Positions 49,812-62,299 of a stretch of 64,000 nucleotides of DNA are shown here, piece after piece. How positions within the stretch are numbered: the first letter of the stretch is position 1; each line of letters begins with the position of its first letter. The stretch covers positions 4,249,361 to 4,313,360 of the forward strand of contig CM074805.1 of the NCBI GenBank assembly GCA_037447605.1. Reading direction: 5' to 3'. The DNA comes from Zygnema circumcarinatum SAG 698-1b. Its lineage: Eukaryota; Plantae; Zygnematophyceae. The notes under the pieces were generated by a model. The model was not told where the DNA came from and searched no databases. It was given only the letters and a program-made list of their open reading frames with translations. A program made the translations under genes and the position numbers.

Positions 49812-52217
49812 CCTTGCAGCCGCCATTGATGCACGCAACTTCCACGAAGCTACTCAGTCAAACGCAGCTCTCTTCAACCGTCTCTGTCCTGCTTCGAAGG
49901 ATGGAACGCGATCCTTCGCTGCCGTCATGCTGAAGAGACTGAAGAAGTTGGGGATTGAGAAGACAAGTCCTGATGATCTGACGGAAGAAGAGAGAGGAAG
50001 ATTTGGACGGCTGGATATGGACCCTGAGCGGGTCAGCTGGAGGAGAGTGATGGATGTCAACGACAGGTTGGCAGGCATGCACCTGCGGCTTTCAAGCCCA
50101 CTCACTCCAAGCAGGAGAGCTGCTTTCATTCTTTATTGCGTTTGTATTTGCAACAGAAAACACTACACTTATCTCCTCGACTTCCGTCTGGGTTGAGCTG
50201 TCTCCGTACCCTTGACTTATTCATGGGTTAGATGCTTCTTGCAGGTTTTTGCGGAAGTTAACAGTGGGACAGGGAGCGGAAGAGAAGGGGATGACTCGTG
50301 AGACAGGATTTGACATCAGTGTGGCGAGCGAAATTATGGCGGTATTGGCGCTGACGACTTCTTTGGCAGACCTGCGAAAGCGGCTGGGAGAGATGGTGGT
50401 AGGAAGCAGCAGAGCGGGAGAGCCTCTCACAGCAGACGACTATGGTGTGGGCGGAGCCCTCACTGTGCTCATGAAAGTAAGACAACCGCACTCTTTGTTC
50501 AGTTATGCTATAACTGACTGTAGAGTTGATTGGTTATTAGGGACTTGGGAGGAGGGGGGTCTGAGGATTACAGATAAGGTTTTTTTTCACCTCTTGCTGT
50601 GCAGCGTCCTGGTTGTAACACTACAAATGTCACGAGTGGCAACTGTGGGTTTTCCTCTGAATGGTTTGTTGAATTCAAACGCTTGCAGGATGCCATTCAA
50701 CCAACACTAATGCAGACATTGGAAGGCACTCCTGTCTTAGTGCATGCGGGTCCTTTCGCCAATATCGCACATGGAAACTCCTCCATTGTTGCGGACCAGG
50801 TTGCTTTGAAGCTTGTGGGACCCAATGGCTATGTAATCACAGAAGCAGGCTTTGGAGCAGATATTGGCGCAGAAAAGTTCTTTAATATCAAGTGCAGGTA
50901 ATTGGGTCTGCACTTTTTCCTATGTTACCAGAGCCCATCAGTCATAAGTTGCAGTTTTTCCCTTTGTATTTGCAGTTGATACCATGTCACATCATTGCAG
51001 GAGGTCTCATTCTCTTTTTGAACCTATACCCAAAACCCAGCCTTCATTTCATCTGAATCCTTTTAGGTCTGCCCTGACGGTGCAGGTACAGCGGGTTGAC
51101 CCCGAATTGTGCTGTTATTGTGGCCACTGTCCGCGCTCTGAAAATGCACGGAGGAGGGCCTCCTGTGATAGCCGGAAAGCCTCTAGACCACGCATACAAG
51201 TCAGAGAATGTGGAGCTTGTGAAGGCGGGGTGCTGCAATCTTGAGAGGCACATAAAGAACACGCTAAAGTATAATGTGAATGTGGTTGTGGCTTTGAACC
51301 GGTTTGCGTCGGATACGGATGCTGAACTTGAAGCAGTAAAGCAGGCAGCCATGGCGGCGGGAGCATTCGATGCAGTCGTCTGCACACACCATGCAGAAGG
51401 TGGCGCAGGAGCGGTAGGTGTTATTGATTTCATTTATTGATTTATGTTTTTTTTGTATTCGATTGTTTAACTGTTTATTTATGTAGGGTCTGCTGTTGAT
51501 TTCAGTATTCGGGAAAAAATACTAGTAGTTTGACAGCCCAGAAGGGACTTTGGATGATGCCAGGTGGCACTTGGACAAGCTGTGATGAGGGCCTGTGCAT
51601 CGCGGCCTGGAGATTTCCAATTCCTTTACCCGTTGGATTTGAGTATAAAGGAGAAGATCGAGATCATTGCAAAAGTAACTTATGGAGCAGCTGCTGTGGA
51701 GTATCTTCCTGAGGTGCGCTGTCCTTTGTTTATAACGTCGAAGGCCCCCTCCTTTTGATAGTCGTTGTGATTGAATTTATTATGGTTTAACGAAACTGAG
51801 ACTAGATCTAAATCACTGACTTTTTGTGAGCTGCTTGTTTCGTCACCTAGTGGTTTGTTGCGAAATCTTGAACCTGTTCATGTTGTGCTTTTGGGTTCAT
51901 TCCGTAACGCATGCACGGGTGGCTGCAACTGGACGGTGCAGGCGGAGAGGCAGATCGAGACCATCTCTCGCCAGGGCTTCTCCCACCTGCCCATCTGCAT
52001 GGCGAAGACGCAGTACTCCTTCTCCCACGACGCGGCAAACAAGGGTGCGCCCAGCGGCTTCACGCTGCCCATAAGGGATGTGAGAGCGAGCGTGGGAGCA
52101 GGGTTCATCTATCCCTTGGTGGGCGCTATGAGCACCATGCCGGGACTCCCCACACGCCCATGTTTCTATGACATCGACCTGGACACGGAGACGGGAAAGG
52201 TGCTCGGCCTCTCGTAG
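48333..52217 (+). CDS. FTHFS: Formate--tetrahydrofolate ligase (10-formyl-THF synthetase). Exons 48333-48488, 48743-48892, 49660-50066, 50245-50476, 50689-50897, 51086-51413, 51564-51713, 51942-52217
   Basis: Motifs seen: the P-loop [108 protein letters not shown] and MPGLPTRP. All junctions are GT-AG and in frame. There is no obvious transit peptide, so it is probably cytosolic. Confidence 0.97.
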
Positions 52218-53151
52218 TAGCCAGAGCGGAGGCCATTTGCTCGCTTGCGGTATTGCATTGATTGCTTCATTATTAAAATTGATTCTTACCCGATGGTGTT
52301 TTCCTCCCCGAGCTAAGCCTCCGCTTGTATGTATGATGGCTTTTACCTTCGTTTGTCCTCGATTGTCGTCGGCCACTGTCAAACGTGGGCACCCGTCTGC
52401 GAGTTGTCGACATGGCATGATGGCATACGGCATCAATATGAAGGCGGTTTGTGGTTTCTGGCTCAAGCGCCAACTGCCACTGTTCTATACACTTTCGACT
52501 GTGAATCGACTGCTTGTGTACCTGTCTGGCACTCTGCCATTGAAGTTTGCAGCCTCGACAGGCCAAGTGGTTAAAACGCACAGTCAACATTTCTTTTGCA
52601 GCTAAGAGTAAGGGAATTCTACTCTTGACCATACGCTGTACATGGCGCTGAAAGGCTTTAAACTAATCATAGTGAGATTTCAGACAACAACAAAAGCGCT
52701 TTCGAGTGCAACTTGGTTTGACTGCAGATATGGGGCTGCATGAAAGAACTGTACTCGCACAGCCTTCCATCCACGAGTCCAGACGTGACTACATGCACTC
52801 GCCACTAACAACCCTAAACTGGCAACGTACATAGAGTCGGATGGTGGTCGCTCCCTCCATTCAGATCTATTTTTTGGCAACAAGGTAGCCAAAGAATCAC
52901 AGGAGGGAAGGATTGCATGAACCACCAAAGATGCCATGACTAAATGGTTTTGTCCAACAGTAAGTACAACGGCTAAACGAGGAGGCCGTCGTAAAAAATC
53001 CTATTAACTGCATCTGAGAAAACAAAAAGAACAACTTACATTTTCAGCTCAGCAGACATTGCAGGTTGCTGGGAAAGTAATGAGCATATGACGTTCATCC
53101 CTAGAGAGTTCCATTTTTTTGCCTTGGAGACAGAAACAAACTCTGACCTTC

Positions 53152-56100
53152 CTACAGAGGCTTCTCCTGAGAATGGACTCCCTCTACTCCCTGCTTGTCC
53201 TCGTCCCCGTCCTCCTCTCCGTAGTCCACAAGCCGAACTTTTGCCGCCGGAGTTGACCCTGCGAGCAGCAAGCGCCAAACTGTAAGAGGCAATTTCCCCA
53301 GCATCTGTGTGTGTGGAAAGAGAGAGAGAGACAGAGAGAGACACGGAGAAAGGGCTTCCTCGCCCTACTGCCGATGAATGGTCTACACAAGGTCCTGCGA
53401 GCAGCCTAATCATCTGCTTGGAGATGAAGGGCTCTGACTCACCAGAACCGCCAATGGAAGCACGCAGCTCTTTTGGAGCTTCAGGAAGCGGAGGGTCCTC
53501 GTGTGGAGGAGGGGGAGGCGGTGCAGAGAAGCTGCTCTGCTGCACAGGGAAGCGCGGTGGCGGAGGAGGCATGCTGCGAGGCTGAGGGGGAGGAAGAAGA
53601 GGTCTCGGGGCCGGAGCCTGTAAAGCATACACCCTCCCCACACCCCACCCATAGCCCGCCCCAACCACCTCCCCCACACAAGACGAGAGAGCACGCAAGG
53701 CCGGGGCCATAGGGCATCAACGACAGGCAGCAATGCCCCCCGTTAGAAGAGCTAACTTGTTGAGGGGTTATAAAGGCGAGAAAGGGGGCGAGGGGGGGGA
53801 GACACAGATGTGAAGGTCAAAGGGCCCTTAACAGGAGGCTGTTTCCTGCCGCTCGGAGAGTCTGAGTCTGGTTCAGTCTCTCCGAGCATCCTGATGGCAC
53901 CGGCACAGCCACAAGCAAAGTCAGCTGCTAACTAACTGCTAACTTGTGTTTCAGTGTCAGTCGAATCAGTCAGACGGCAGCCACATTGCTCGCCAGTCAT
54001 AGCAATTTCAGTTTGATTGTCAATAAAAATAATGATAGGGCTTGAAAGGAAAGGAAGCCTTATAGACTTCCTTAAGTTCAAAACGTTCATTTTAGAGAGG
54101 TCATTTGTTAAGCTCTTCATGATTGCATGGATGTCACAACCCCACAAGAGGACGAATTCCATTCCATTGCTTCCTGCCATCACAATAAAAACCCACTATG
54201 CCCATCAACGAGCCCAGAGCCCTAACATTGGCCCCCGCCACACGTCAGCGCGCAGAAGGACAGCAGCTCAGCGATGGCATACCTGGAAAACCACAAACCC
54301 ACGTCAGCACAAGCATACTTACTAACCTCCCCACAACTCAACTTCACCTTAATGCAAGAGAAACACAAGTAAAGCACACCTCATCAATGCGCTCCACAAA
54401 CTCCTGAAATCGCCTCCGTTGTGGCTGCTGCTGCTCGATCACTCCTGGAGGTCTTCCATTGGTTGTTCCATTTGGCGTTGAAGTATCCCCAACTGGAGAT
54501 GGGAAAGGAGGTCTTGAAGGCGCTACTCGAGCATAGGGGCCCCCATAGACAGCATAGCCCGGCCCACTGGCTGATGTGACTCCAAGAGGAGGGGGATAAG
54601 TCTGTGGGCCACGTAGAGAAGGCTGGGGAGCATACGGAAAGGGAGGAGTGTTTCCATATGGTGCAGGGTTGGGAGGTGGAACAGGAAAACCAGAAGGGGA
54701 GCCGTAGGAGGGAGGAGGGGGTGTGGGGTAGCGAGGTGGTCCAAGGTGGGGGTATGGAGGTGGTTGAGAGGGATACTGCGGAGGAGTCTGGTAAGAAGTG
54801 TAGGCTGCCTGTGGAGAGTGGTTAACAGCAGCTGAAGATATGCTACTTTGTGCTGCATGAGCCTGTGGGTGGGGGTTCAAGTCAGAATCAGACGCTGATG
54901 CGTGCTGCTGATGCCAGTTTGTGGCTGAGCTTGGATCAGATTGGGGTTGTGTCTCTGAAGGCCTGGGCACAGCACTCAACAAAAGGTTGAAGGGAGATGC
55001 AATGAGTTCAATTGCAGAGGTGCACTTACTATGTAGCACTGTTTTATAGATGTTTTATGTCTTGACGACAACATGGACGTGTGGAACAACAGATTTCAGG
55101 CCATTTCACAGGTGCACCTGGCCATAAAACAACGAAAGATACGTTCTATACTGGTCTACCAAACGTCAACTTCCAATATGTTATTCATATACTGTAACTG
55201 GATTACACGACAAGGACTGTAAAGTTTAACAGGGGCCTGCCTGGAGTCAGACCCTGGTGGAGGTGGGCCAGAAAGATGGGCAGCAAAGCCACTTGGAGGT
55301 TGTAGTTGAGGGGAGAAGCCCTGCTGAGGGTAGGGTTGAGGTGGATATGATGAGGGAGGGGGTGCATATGGAGGAGGGTATGGAGGTGGAGGTGGCTGAA
55401 GTGGACCCGGAGCAGGGAGTGGGATAGAAGGGGGGTTTGCATAGGAAGGGGGCGGGGGCTGATAGGCTTCTTCCGGCTGCCTGTGCAGCAATTTACAAAA
55501 GAACAAGAAACGTCGAAAACTACTGAGCAATAAACAACCCAATCTCTACTTGCTCAAAATGGAAGAAATGCCAAAAAGCATGAGATGCCAAGAAGGCATG
55601 ACGTGTGATCTGTGAAAAGATTCTCTGAGTGCAGAGTTTCCAGAGGAAAATGTGCAATGTACACACCTGTGGCGATAGTACTCCATTCGAATAGTGTCAA
55701 TAAGGTTCTGGGCCAAACGCCGTGCATCCTCCAAACCTTTGGGATTTGAGCATGTGATCCAAAGGTGTAAAGGCTCCGATAACTCTGTTCGCCCACATGG
55801 TGCAAAGAGATAGCTTTACGACTTTACATGACCTATACCAAATTCTCAAGCAGTTCAAATTCCTCATTTGAATCTGAATTGCAATGGAGTCTCCTAGTGC
55901 TGCTTCACACATGTCACCAACTCTTTCACTCAATTGTCAGAGTGTTTCGAAGAGAATTTAAAATTCAACCGACCCAGCTCGTAGACTGGGCAAGGACATA
56001 TAATAAGCCTTTGAAGAACACACCAGAGCCTCGACCTTCAAGGTTGCCTGAACCCCGTCCCCTGAGAATTACGTTTGCACCCGTCTCCCTGGCAATGTGA

Positions 56101-58451
56101 TCGATGTACTGGGCCTGATCCCATGAATAGCCCCTGAATGTGTCAATGAATCACACAAGAAAACGATGGACACATGCAAAACTCCCGAAAAAGAAATCAC
56201 AAGAACGTAATAACATGTCAGAAACCTCACTATCCTGCACAGATAGACTTACATTTGGGCCACGGATTCTTCCAAGCAGATTGAAAGCTGGCTCTGCCAT
56301 TTCCAGATTAGGGTAGACAGCACAGGACAGATCTGCCTGCAAAATTTCCATAAGACCACACTATGTCAAAGATAGTAGAACAATCGTCAAGGCCTTCACA
56401 GGCCTCCCTCCGTTAACTGCGCATAAGCCTTTAAGGTCATTCATCACATATTAAAAATAATGGAGGGAACACTGGAAGCATTACCCTAGGGATTCTAATG
56501 CCCTTAAGTCACTGTGGATAACATGCAAGACATTTAGAGGCATGGTGAGTAATATGCGAACAAGCAAGTCAACAGCTACAAAGTAAAATGGCCAGCACAT
56601 ATGCATTCCGTCAACTTGCACAAATGCTTCAGATATTACACTATGAAGAAATCTTAAATCGTATGACGAACCTGGCAAACCTGAACGTGTTCTTGAACAA
56701 AGGAAACTGGCGTCTTTGAGAATGCACCTAAATGATAAATGCCAGGATTGAATGTCGAGACAAGAATGGGGATGCTCCATACACTGTGAAGCTCATCTAC
56801 TTCAATGACACTGGTCCAAAAACGATTTGTGCAACTAGAAATGCTATCAAAAGCACCAGTTCTATTTACCCAGCTCACACTGGAGGATAAGGACATTGAC
56901 TCCCGCAAATTCATTACGCCTCCCCCTCATGCCTCCACTTCAGCAGCTCGCAACATATGAAATTTTGAGAGCTGGATACTGAGCAGAAGATGGACTTACT
57001 GGAGTGACAGCCTTGTTACCCCCTCTCAACATCTCCTCAATGATCACAACAGCTGCTTCCACAGCTCTCGTTTTTTCCCCCTGATCTTTAATCTGTCCAC
57101 AATGTCAGAAAAGGACAAGTCGCGATATAGATCGCTTCTATCTTTAAGATGAGATGGAACGGGCCAAGAAACATACCCTGTGCACAATTCAAGTAGCAAT
57201 CACAACGGCATGCTAATGCTTTCTAACAGCTAAAGGCGCTGTAACCTACATTAATACCAGAGGAAACGTGCAGGTAGAGTGGTTTCTCTCCACCCGGTTT
57301 CTCGGGTTCGTTCGGCGGTCGATACCTCCCTCTACCAAGACCAACAGCAATACGGTTGGCCCTTATTGCCAAGCAATTTACTTCAATCGAGCTATATTTG
57401 AAGGAAGAATCTACTACACAGTTAAATCATAGCCGGCCTTCCATTCAGCTCTAGCGGGAGATACCTTGTGATGACAACCGCGCCAGTCTCATGTTGAATC
57501 TGCCATATAAAATCAAACCCGACTAAAGAACCGCATGAGTTACCGTGCTAAAGACAATCAAATGGCATTGACAACAAGGAGAATTTAGACATCGCACCTC
57601 TTCTTGGGTGCCTCGTTTTGTCAGTTTGTACCTAATCCCTGGCTCCGCATCATTTATCACAATTTCCTTAAATACCGGGTCTTCTGGAGGAGGCGTCTGT
57701 ACTGGCGGAGTGGCCTTCGGAATTAGACCCTTACTTGCCAGCTCCTGCACAATCCACAGACTCGACAGCGAAAAGGAACTCAAAATCATAGAGGGATGCA
57801 AAGCCTGGACTCAAAACGTTTCAAAACATTACCAGACTTTAGTCAGACTACTCCAGTCAGTTCTGATGGCCCAGCTAGCCTTGACTACTTCAGACAGTCT
57901 CGATTAATCCATCTAGATTGATTGATTGATTGCTTCAGTCAGACCTGTTTATTCCGGACAGTCCTGATTACTGCAGTCGTTCCAATTTACTCCAGTCAGT
58001 CCTGATTACTCCCTGCTAAGCCAGTCCCAGCTTTCCAGGCCCATCGTGCAGAGTCGTCTAAGGAATACCTGATTGAGCTTCTGCACCATGGCTGCCGCGT
58101 TTTGCTGAACGGCGGCCATCATAGTGTTCATCTGACCGATGCCCATAGTTGGCGGAAACCCCATGCCCGGCATCAGGCCCGCCATGGGAAACATCCCAGG
58201 CAGACGAGCCCCGCCGGTCATGGCCGCAAATGGAAGAAGATTAGAGTTGACAGACAGGGCAGGAGACGATGCTGCAGCTCCCTCTGCAGGCTGGTCCCAC
58301 TTCCTCTTCTTTCTGCAACCCCCCACTCGTTCCTTTGTAAGCTCCATCCACAAAGAAGTGACCTTCCCTGCCCTTCTTCAGCCCAAATCGCAACCCTTCT
58401 TTACCTCTCTCGAGCGGGAGGCCCGTCCGATGGCGGCGAAGGGTCGGACAT
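53152..58451 (-). CDS. RIK: RIK/KHDC4(BLOM7)-like KH-domain RNA-binding protein with a long Pro/Tyr-rich tail. First exons 58451-58405, 58312-58069, 57744-57598, 57499-57465; likely last coding exon 53258-53152 (3' end uncertain)
   Basis: MSDPSPPSDGPPARE|RKKRKWDQPA; KEIVINDAEPGIRYKLTKRGTQEE|IQHETGAVVITR|GRYRPP...KPLYLHV; FNLLGRIRGPN|AQYIDHIARETGANVILRGRGSG; EDARRLAQNLIDTI; QRRRFQE; LVDYGEEDGDED near the C-terminus. These fit the RIK/KHDC4 family. Confidence 0.85.
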
Positions 58452-58972
58452 GGCTGCGAGGTACTGTAGTAGAAAGGAAGCCCCTGCGCTACCTTCAGGG
58501 CTTCAGGGCGCTTGCCCTAAAAATTGACCTTCGGCAGAAGTCAGAGAGGGCCATGTGAGCCTTCACCGTATTGAAGCTACCCCTTTTAAACAAAGAGCCA
58601 ATGACGGCTTGCCAGGTAAGCAATTGTGATGACATGGCATGTGGTGATTGGTACCACCTCACCCTCATGTGTATAGGCAAGTGCTAGTTTCAGTTTTACT
58701 CTGTGCTTGTGCCCACGGTCGAATTCCAAGCTGCCATGTTAGAGAAGGAACTGGCATTAGTCTCACGGCGCCATGCTTACTGCTATTCCTGATATTATTA
58801 TTTTTTTCTGGAATTGGCTAGTGGGTTTGAACAAAAAGAACGGCTCTGGGGCTGGGTTCGTGTGCTAGCAGAAAACCAGGACGGTTGCGTGTTGCTTTGA
58901 CCCCGCCAACCTGGTGTCAAAAATAGGAAATTGGGAGTTGGAAGGACCTCAAAATTAAGAATAAAATTGCAT

Positions 58973-59421
58973 TCATGACAGCAGCAAGCATGAAATGAAC
59001 ATGTCGTTGACTGCAAAGTTTGCAGTCGGTCCTTCGGCTAACAGACTTTCCGCTGAGGTAAATTAGGGTACTAATGATTCAGTGATTTTGGCTTCAATGT
59101 AGTCACATTGATCTGACTCAACTGGGTCGCATGGAGGCCTATGCTGTAACGTCATCGACAAGGGCGATAATATGCTGCCCAGAAACGGGTTTTGCGACAT
59201 ATTCTAACTTCACATGAAGCAGTAACTACGTCGTATTCAAACGAGGTCCCCTGTTAGGTCACAGTCCATCTGAAACCTTCACCGCAAACTGACTGGATAC
59301 GCACTCTTTCCGCAGGATGTAGTCCGTGCATGATCTCACAAACTCCGACTTTCCACAAATCTCCAATCACAAATCTCTTGAGAATTTTCTCAAGGAAAGA
59401 AGCCACAAAAGGGTCCTTCAT
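58973..59421 (-). CDS. Candidate small two-exon orphan ORF (~75 aa): exons 59421-59277 and 59052-58973; there may be further 5' exons
   Basis: MKDPFVASFLEKILKRFVIGDLWKVGVCEIMHGLHPAERVRIQSVCGE|AESLLAEGPTANFAVNDMFISCLLLS*. The donor is G|GTTTCA, the acceptor is CCTCAG with an upstream CCCTAAT branch-like site, and the intron preserves frame. I do not recognise a family. Confidence 0.25.
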
Positions 59422-60413
59422 ATTTTCGATTCTTTTTGCTAAAGCACTCTTTTTTTTGCTTGAGCTTCAGTCCTATCTGTCGAGAAGCTCAAGTAAGCAC
59501 GCGCCAATTCAGGGAATAATGCGACCAAAAAAGGGTAACAGGAAGGATAGCCCTGCGATGGAAAAACCACTCCTGAGAGACTTCTACAGAATACACAGGC
59601 CTTTTGCATTACACTAAAACCACAAGAAGCTTTAAAAGTATCCACATGGCCGCCGCAAAACATAATCACTGGCTCGCTCGCTTGCTCATCGTAAATAGAA
59701 GAACCCTGGATGTAGCTACACCTGAACATGGGGCCCACAAGGAGGGAGAACAAGAGACCAGTCAGAACTGGCACCCACCACCTACCTACGTTACATAATG
59801 TAAGACCGCAGCTTTTCACTCCCTCTCAAAATAGCCTAACCAGGACAAAGGAAGTTAACGTCTTCCCTCACTCCTTCCAATTTTCCCCCTCCCTCTCGCC
59901 CTCCCTCCCTTCCCTCAGACGACGCGCCAGCATTACATGAACCAGCTCACAGGTTCTTCCAACTAGTTATCCGGATTTTTCATCACTGCAGAAATATTAC
60001 CAGCAGTGCAGAAAAAGGCCATTTCATTACACCACTAAGACCTCCCTCCTCCATTTTAAGATAGCTCATATTCAAAGAACATCACAGTAGCGCCTGCAGA
60101 CGAGCGACCGCCTCATGACGGACCTCAGTTCATACTCGACCTACAACGGAGCGCCTACCTCCCCTAATCTCCCCTTCCCACCTAGTCCCTATCCCTCCCT
60201 CCTTCCTCACAGTGCCTCTTCTCCTCAAGAACCGACTGGCAAGGTCATAAGGAACTTTCCTTATTCACTCCTAGACAAGCGGCCAGCAATAGAGTCCAGG
60301 AGGCTGAATACTTCACAGCCACCTGCATGACAGGTACTAGATTGGGAAAGTAAGTGCCCAGTGAAAATGGTTGTGAGCCACCCTGAACCTTACCTAGAGC
60401 GTCAGGCAACAGC

Positions 60414-60980
60414 CTATCGCCCCCTTTTCAACGCCCGTTCCGCATCTGAAACCTCCTCCAAAATTCGGTCCGCGCGCTTCTTCGGAATAGGGTATCCGGA
60501 TCCGAAGCTGATGTAGTGGCCGGAAATGGCGTTCACGACCGAGTACATGTTGCTGAAGGAAGGCTTCCCTGCAACTGACTTCTCGCGGCGGTACTTCGCC
60601 ACCCAGTCATTAGAGAGGGAGCGCAGAGCAGTGACAGACTCGTCCTTGCGAGGGTCCGTCTTATCCAAACTTAAGGTTGCGCGCACCTGGTCGATCACAG
60701 TCTGAGTGTCAAGAGTGTAGGTTTCCGCAAAGTCAGCACGGGCAGGAAGAGCAGAAAGGGAGGAGGACGCGATGGCTAGAGCAGCGAGAGCAGCAGTCCT
60801 CCTGGTGAGGACGATGGCCGCAGGGAGAGAGGCATCTGAAGACTCAGTGGAGGCGGAGGCTCTCGCTGAGAGAGAAGTAGATTTGGAGCATGGCGAAGAG
60901 CAGGACTTGGCCGGAACGGACTTGAGAGAAGCGACGGCCGAGCAGGAGGTGAGGGAGCTCACGAGCGCGAGGGACGCCAT
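60414..60980 (-). CDS. PSB27: Photosystem II repair/assembly protein Psb27 (Psb27-H1 type), intronless CDS, 188 aa
   Basis: A Ser/Ala-rich transit peptide and a twin-arginine lumenal signal (TRRTAALAAL...ARA) precede the mature domain YTLDTQTVIDQVRATL...SNDWVAKYRRE...GKPSFSNMYSVVNAISGHYISFG...PIPKKRADRILEE. Confidence 0.96.
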   Translation of the reverse strand: MASLALVSSLTSCSAVASLKSVPAKSCSSPCSKSTSLSARASASTESSDASLPAAIVLTRRTAALAALAIASSSLSALPARADFAETYTLDTQTVIDQVRATLSLDKTDPRKDESVTALRSLSNDWVAKYRREKSVAGKPSFSNMYSVVNAISGHYISFGSGYPIPKKRADRILEEVSDAERALKRGR

Positions 60981-61047
60981 TGTGAGAGGAAGTGAGAGAG
61001 GGAGAGAGAGAGAGGGGAGAGGGAGGGTTAGAGCAGCGCTGAGACTA

Positions 61048-61459
61048 CCACGTGGCTTCGAAAGAACCCCTCGCTTGCCTTCTGAAGAGAGGGTGGGGCC
61101 GAGAGAGACGAAAACTAGGGCTGCCGTGGAGGCATTCACGGTTCCATGCAATGTATCCAGTTTCACATGTTCAAATCATAGAACTGGCTATGTTGTGTAG
61201 ACGTGGCAGCCGAACACAACGCCACGCTGCAAAATACGCCTGACCAGTAACGAATCATCGTTAACGGACCGCATGGAGAGGCGGGGAGAGTCTGACTTAT
61301 GGGCCGTGTTTGCTGTTGTCCAGTTTGAGCCGACAGTCCCGTGATGCACGACGCTGTTTCATGTGACAATGTCTGTGCAGATAGGCTTGCCGCGCCGGCC
61401 AATGGCATTCGCCTACTGCGGATGAGCCCCCCTGGAATCCCAATATGCTGCCACGTGGC
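61048..61459. promoter_or_regulatory. G-box/ABRE-like motifs upstream of PSB27
   Basis: ccacgtggc at 61048, gacgtggc at 61200 and gccacgtggc at 61450. Confidence 0.5.
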
Positions 61460-62299
61460 ATGTGGTCACTGTCTGTCTGAGGAGCGGCTAGTCTCCATGT
61501 CAGTCTCAACGTCTAATGAATCTCCAAACGGCGACATGGAACCCAAGGGCGAAGCAACAGGGTGCAGATGGCACATTCATCTCTTTGCCAGACGCGTTAC
61601 ATTGAGAGGTCAATGACATATTCTCAGCTTTTTCATCACATTGAAAAGTCACGTTCGCCTGATGGTTCTGCACTATGTATGGCATCAAGTATACCCCATA
61701 ACGAGCACCCACCCCTTTCCTCGCCCCTTTTGCAATATATGCGAAGGATGCAATGCCGACACGGGTGGAGGGCATTCATGTATACGCCATGGAAACACAG
61801 AATAATCTAGCTAACACGAGCTCAAGGCCCAGTACAATGCTGCAAGCGCTTGCCAGAAGACATGCTCTTATTCAGTTCAGGTAAAGACGGTCCAAAATTG
61901 CAAAGCCACATACCGCCTCTTAACTTACGGAACTTACCATCTGACAGAACGCTCGAGCCTAACGGCGAGCAAACTATGACAACGGACGAAATTGTCATCC
62001 AACGACCTACGACTCTTTTAGACCCTGGGACTGCTTTGAATGGCCGCATTATGGCATGAGCGCCTTACAGCTTACACCTTATCATGGGCATAAGCATGGG
62101 CATGGGCTTTATTGACATGGCGCGAAAATGAGCATCGCCATAACTACCTCACAAAGGTATGCATCTACACGACTATACAGACCCAGATCTTTGTCTAAAA
62201 GACGCAAAGAGCGTAAGCAATATTGACAACACTACGGAAGAAAACTAGTTGAAACCTTTGCTTAGCAATGGGTTCCCTGTTCTCCGCAGCCCTTTTCAC

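Noticed and set aside
58601-58621. Plus-strand ATGACGGCTTGCCAG|GTAAGC micro-exon opposite the RIK start
   Set aside because: The donor is strong, but I found no convincing downstream exon chain, and the downstream strand bias favours minus-strand transcription.
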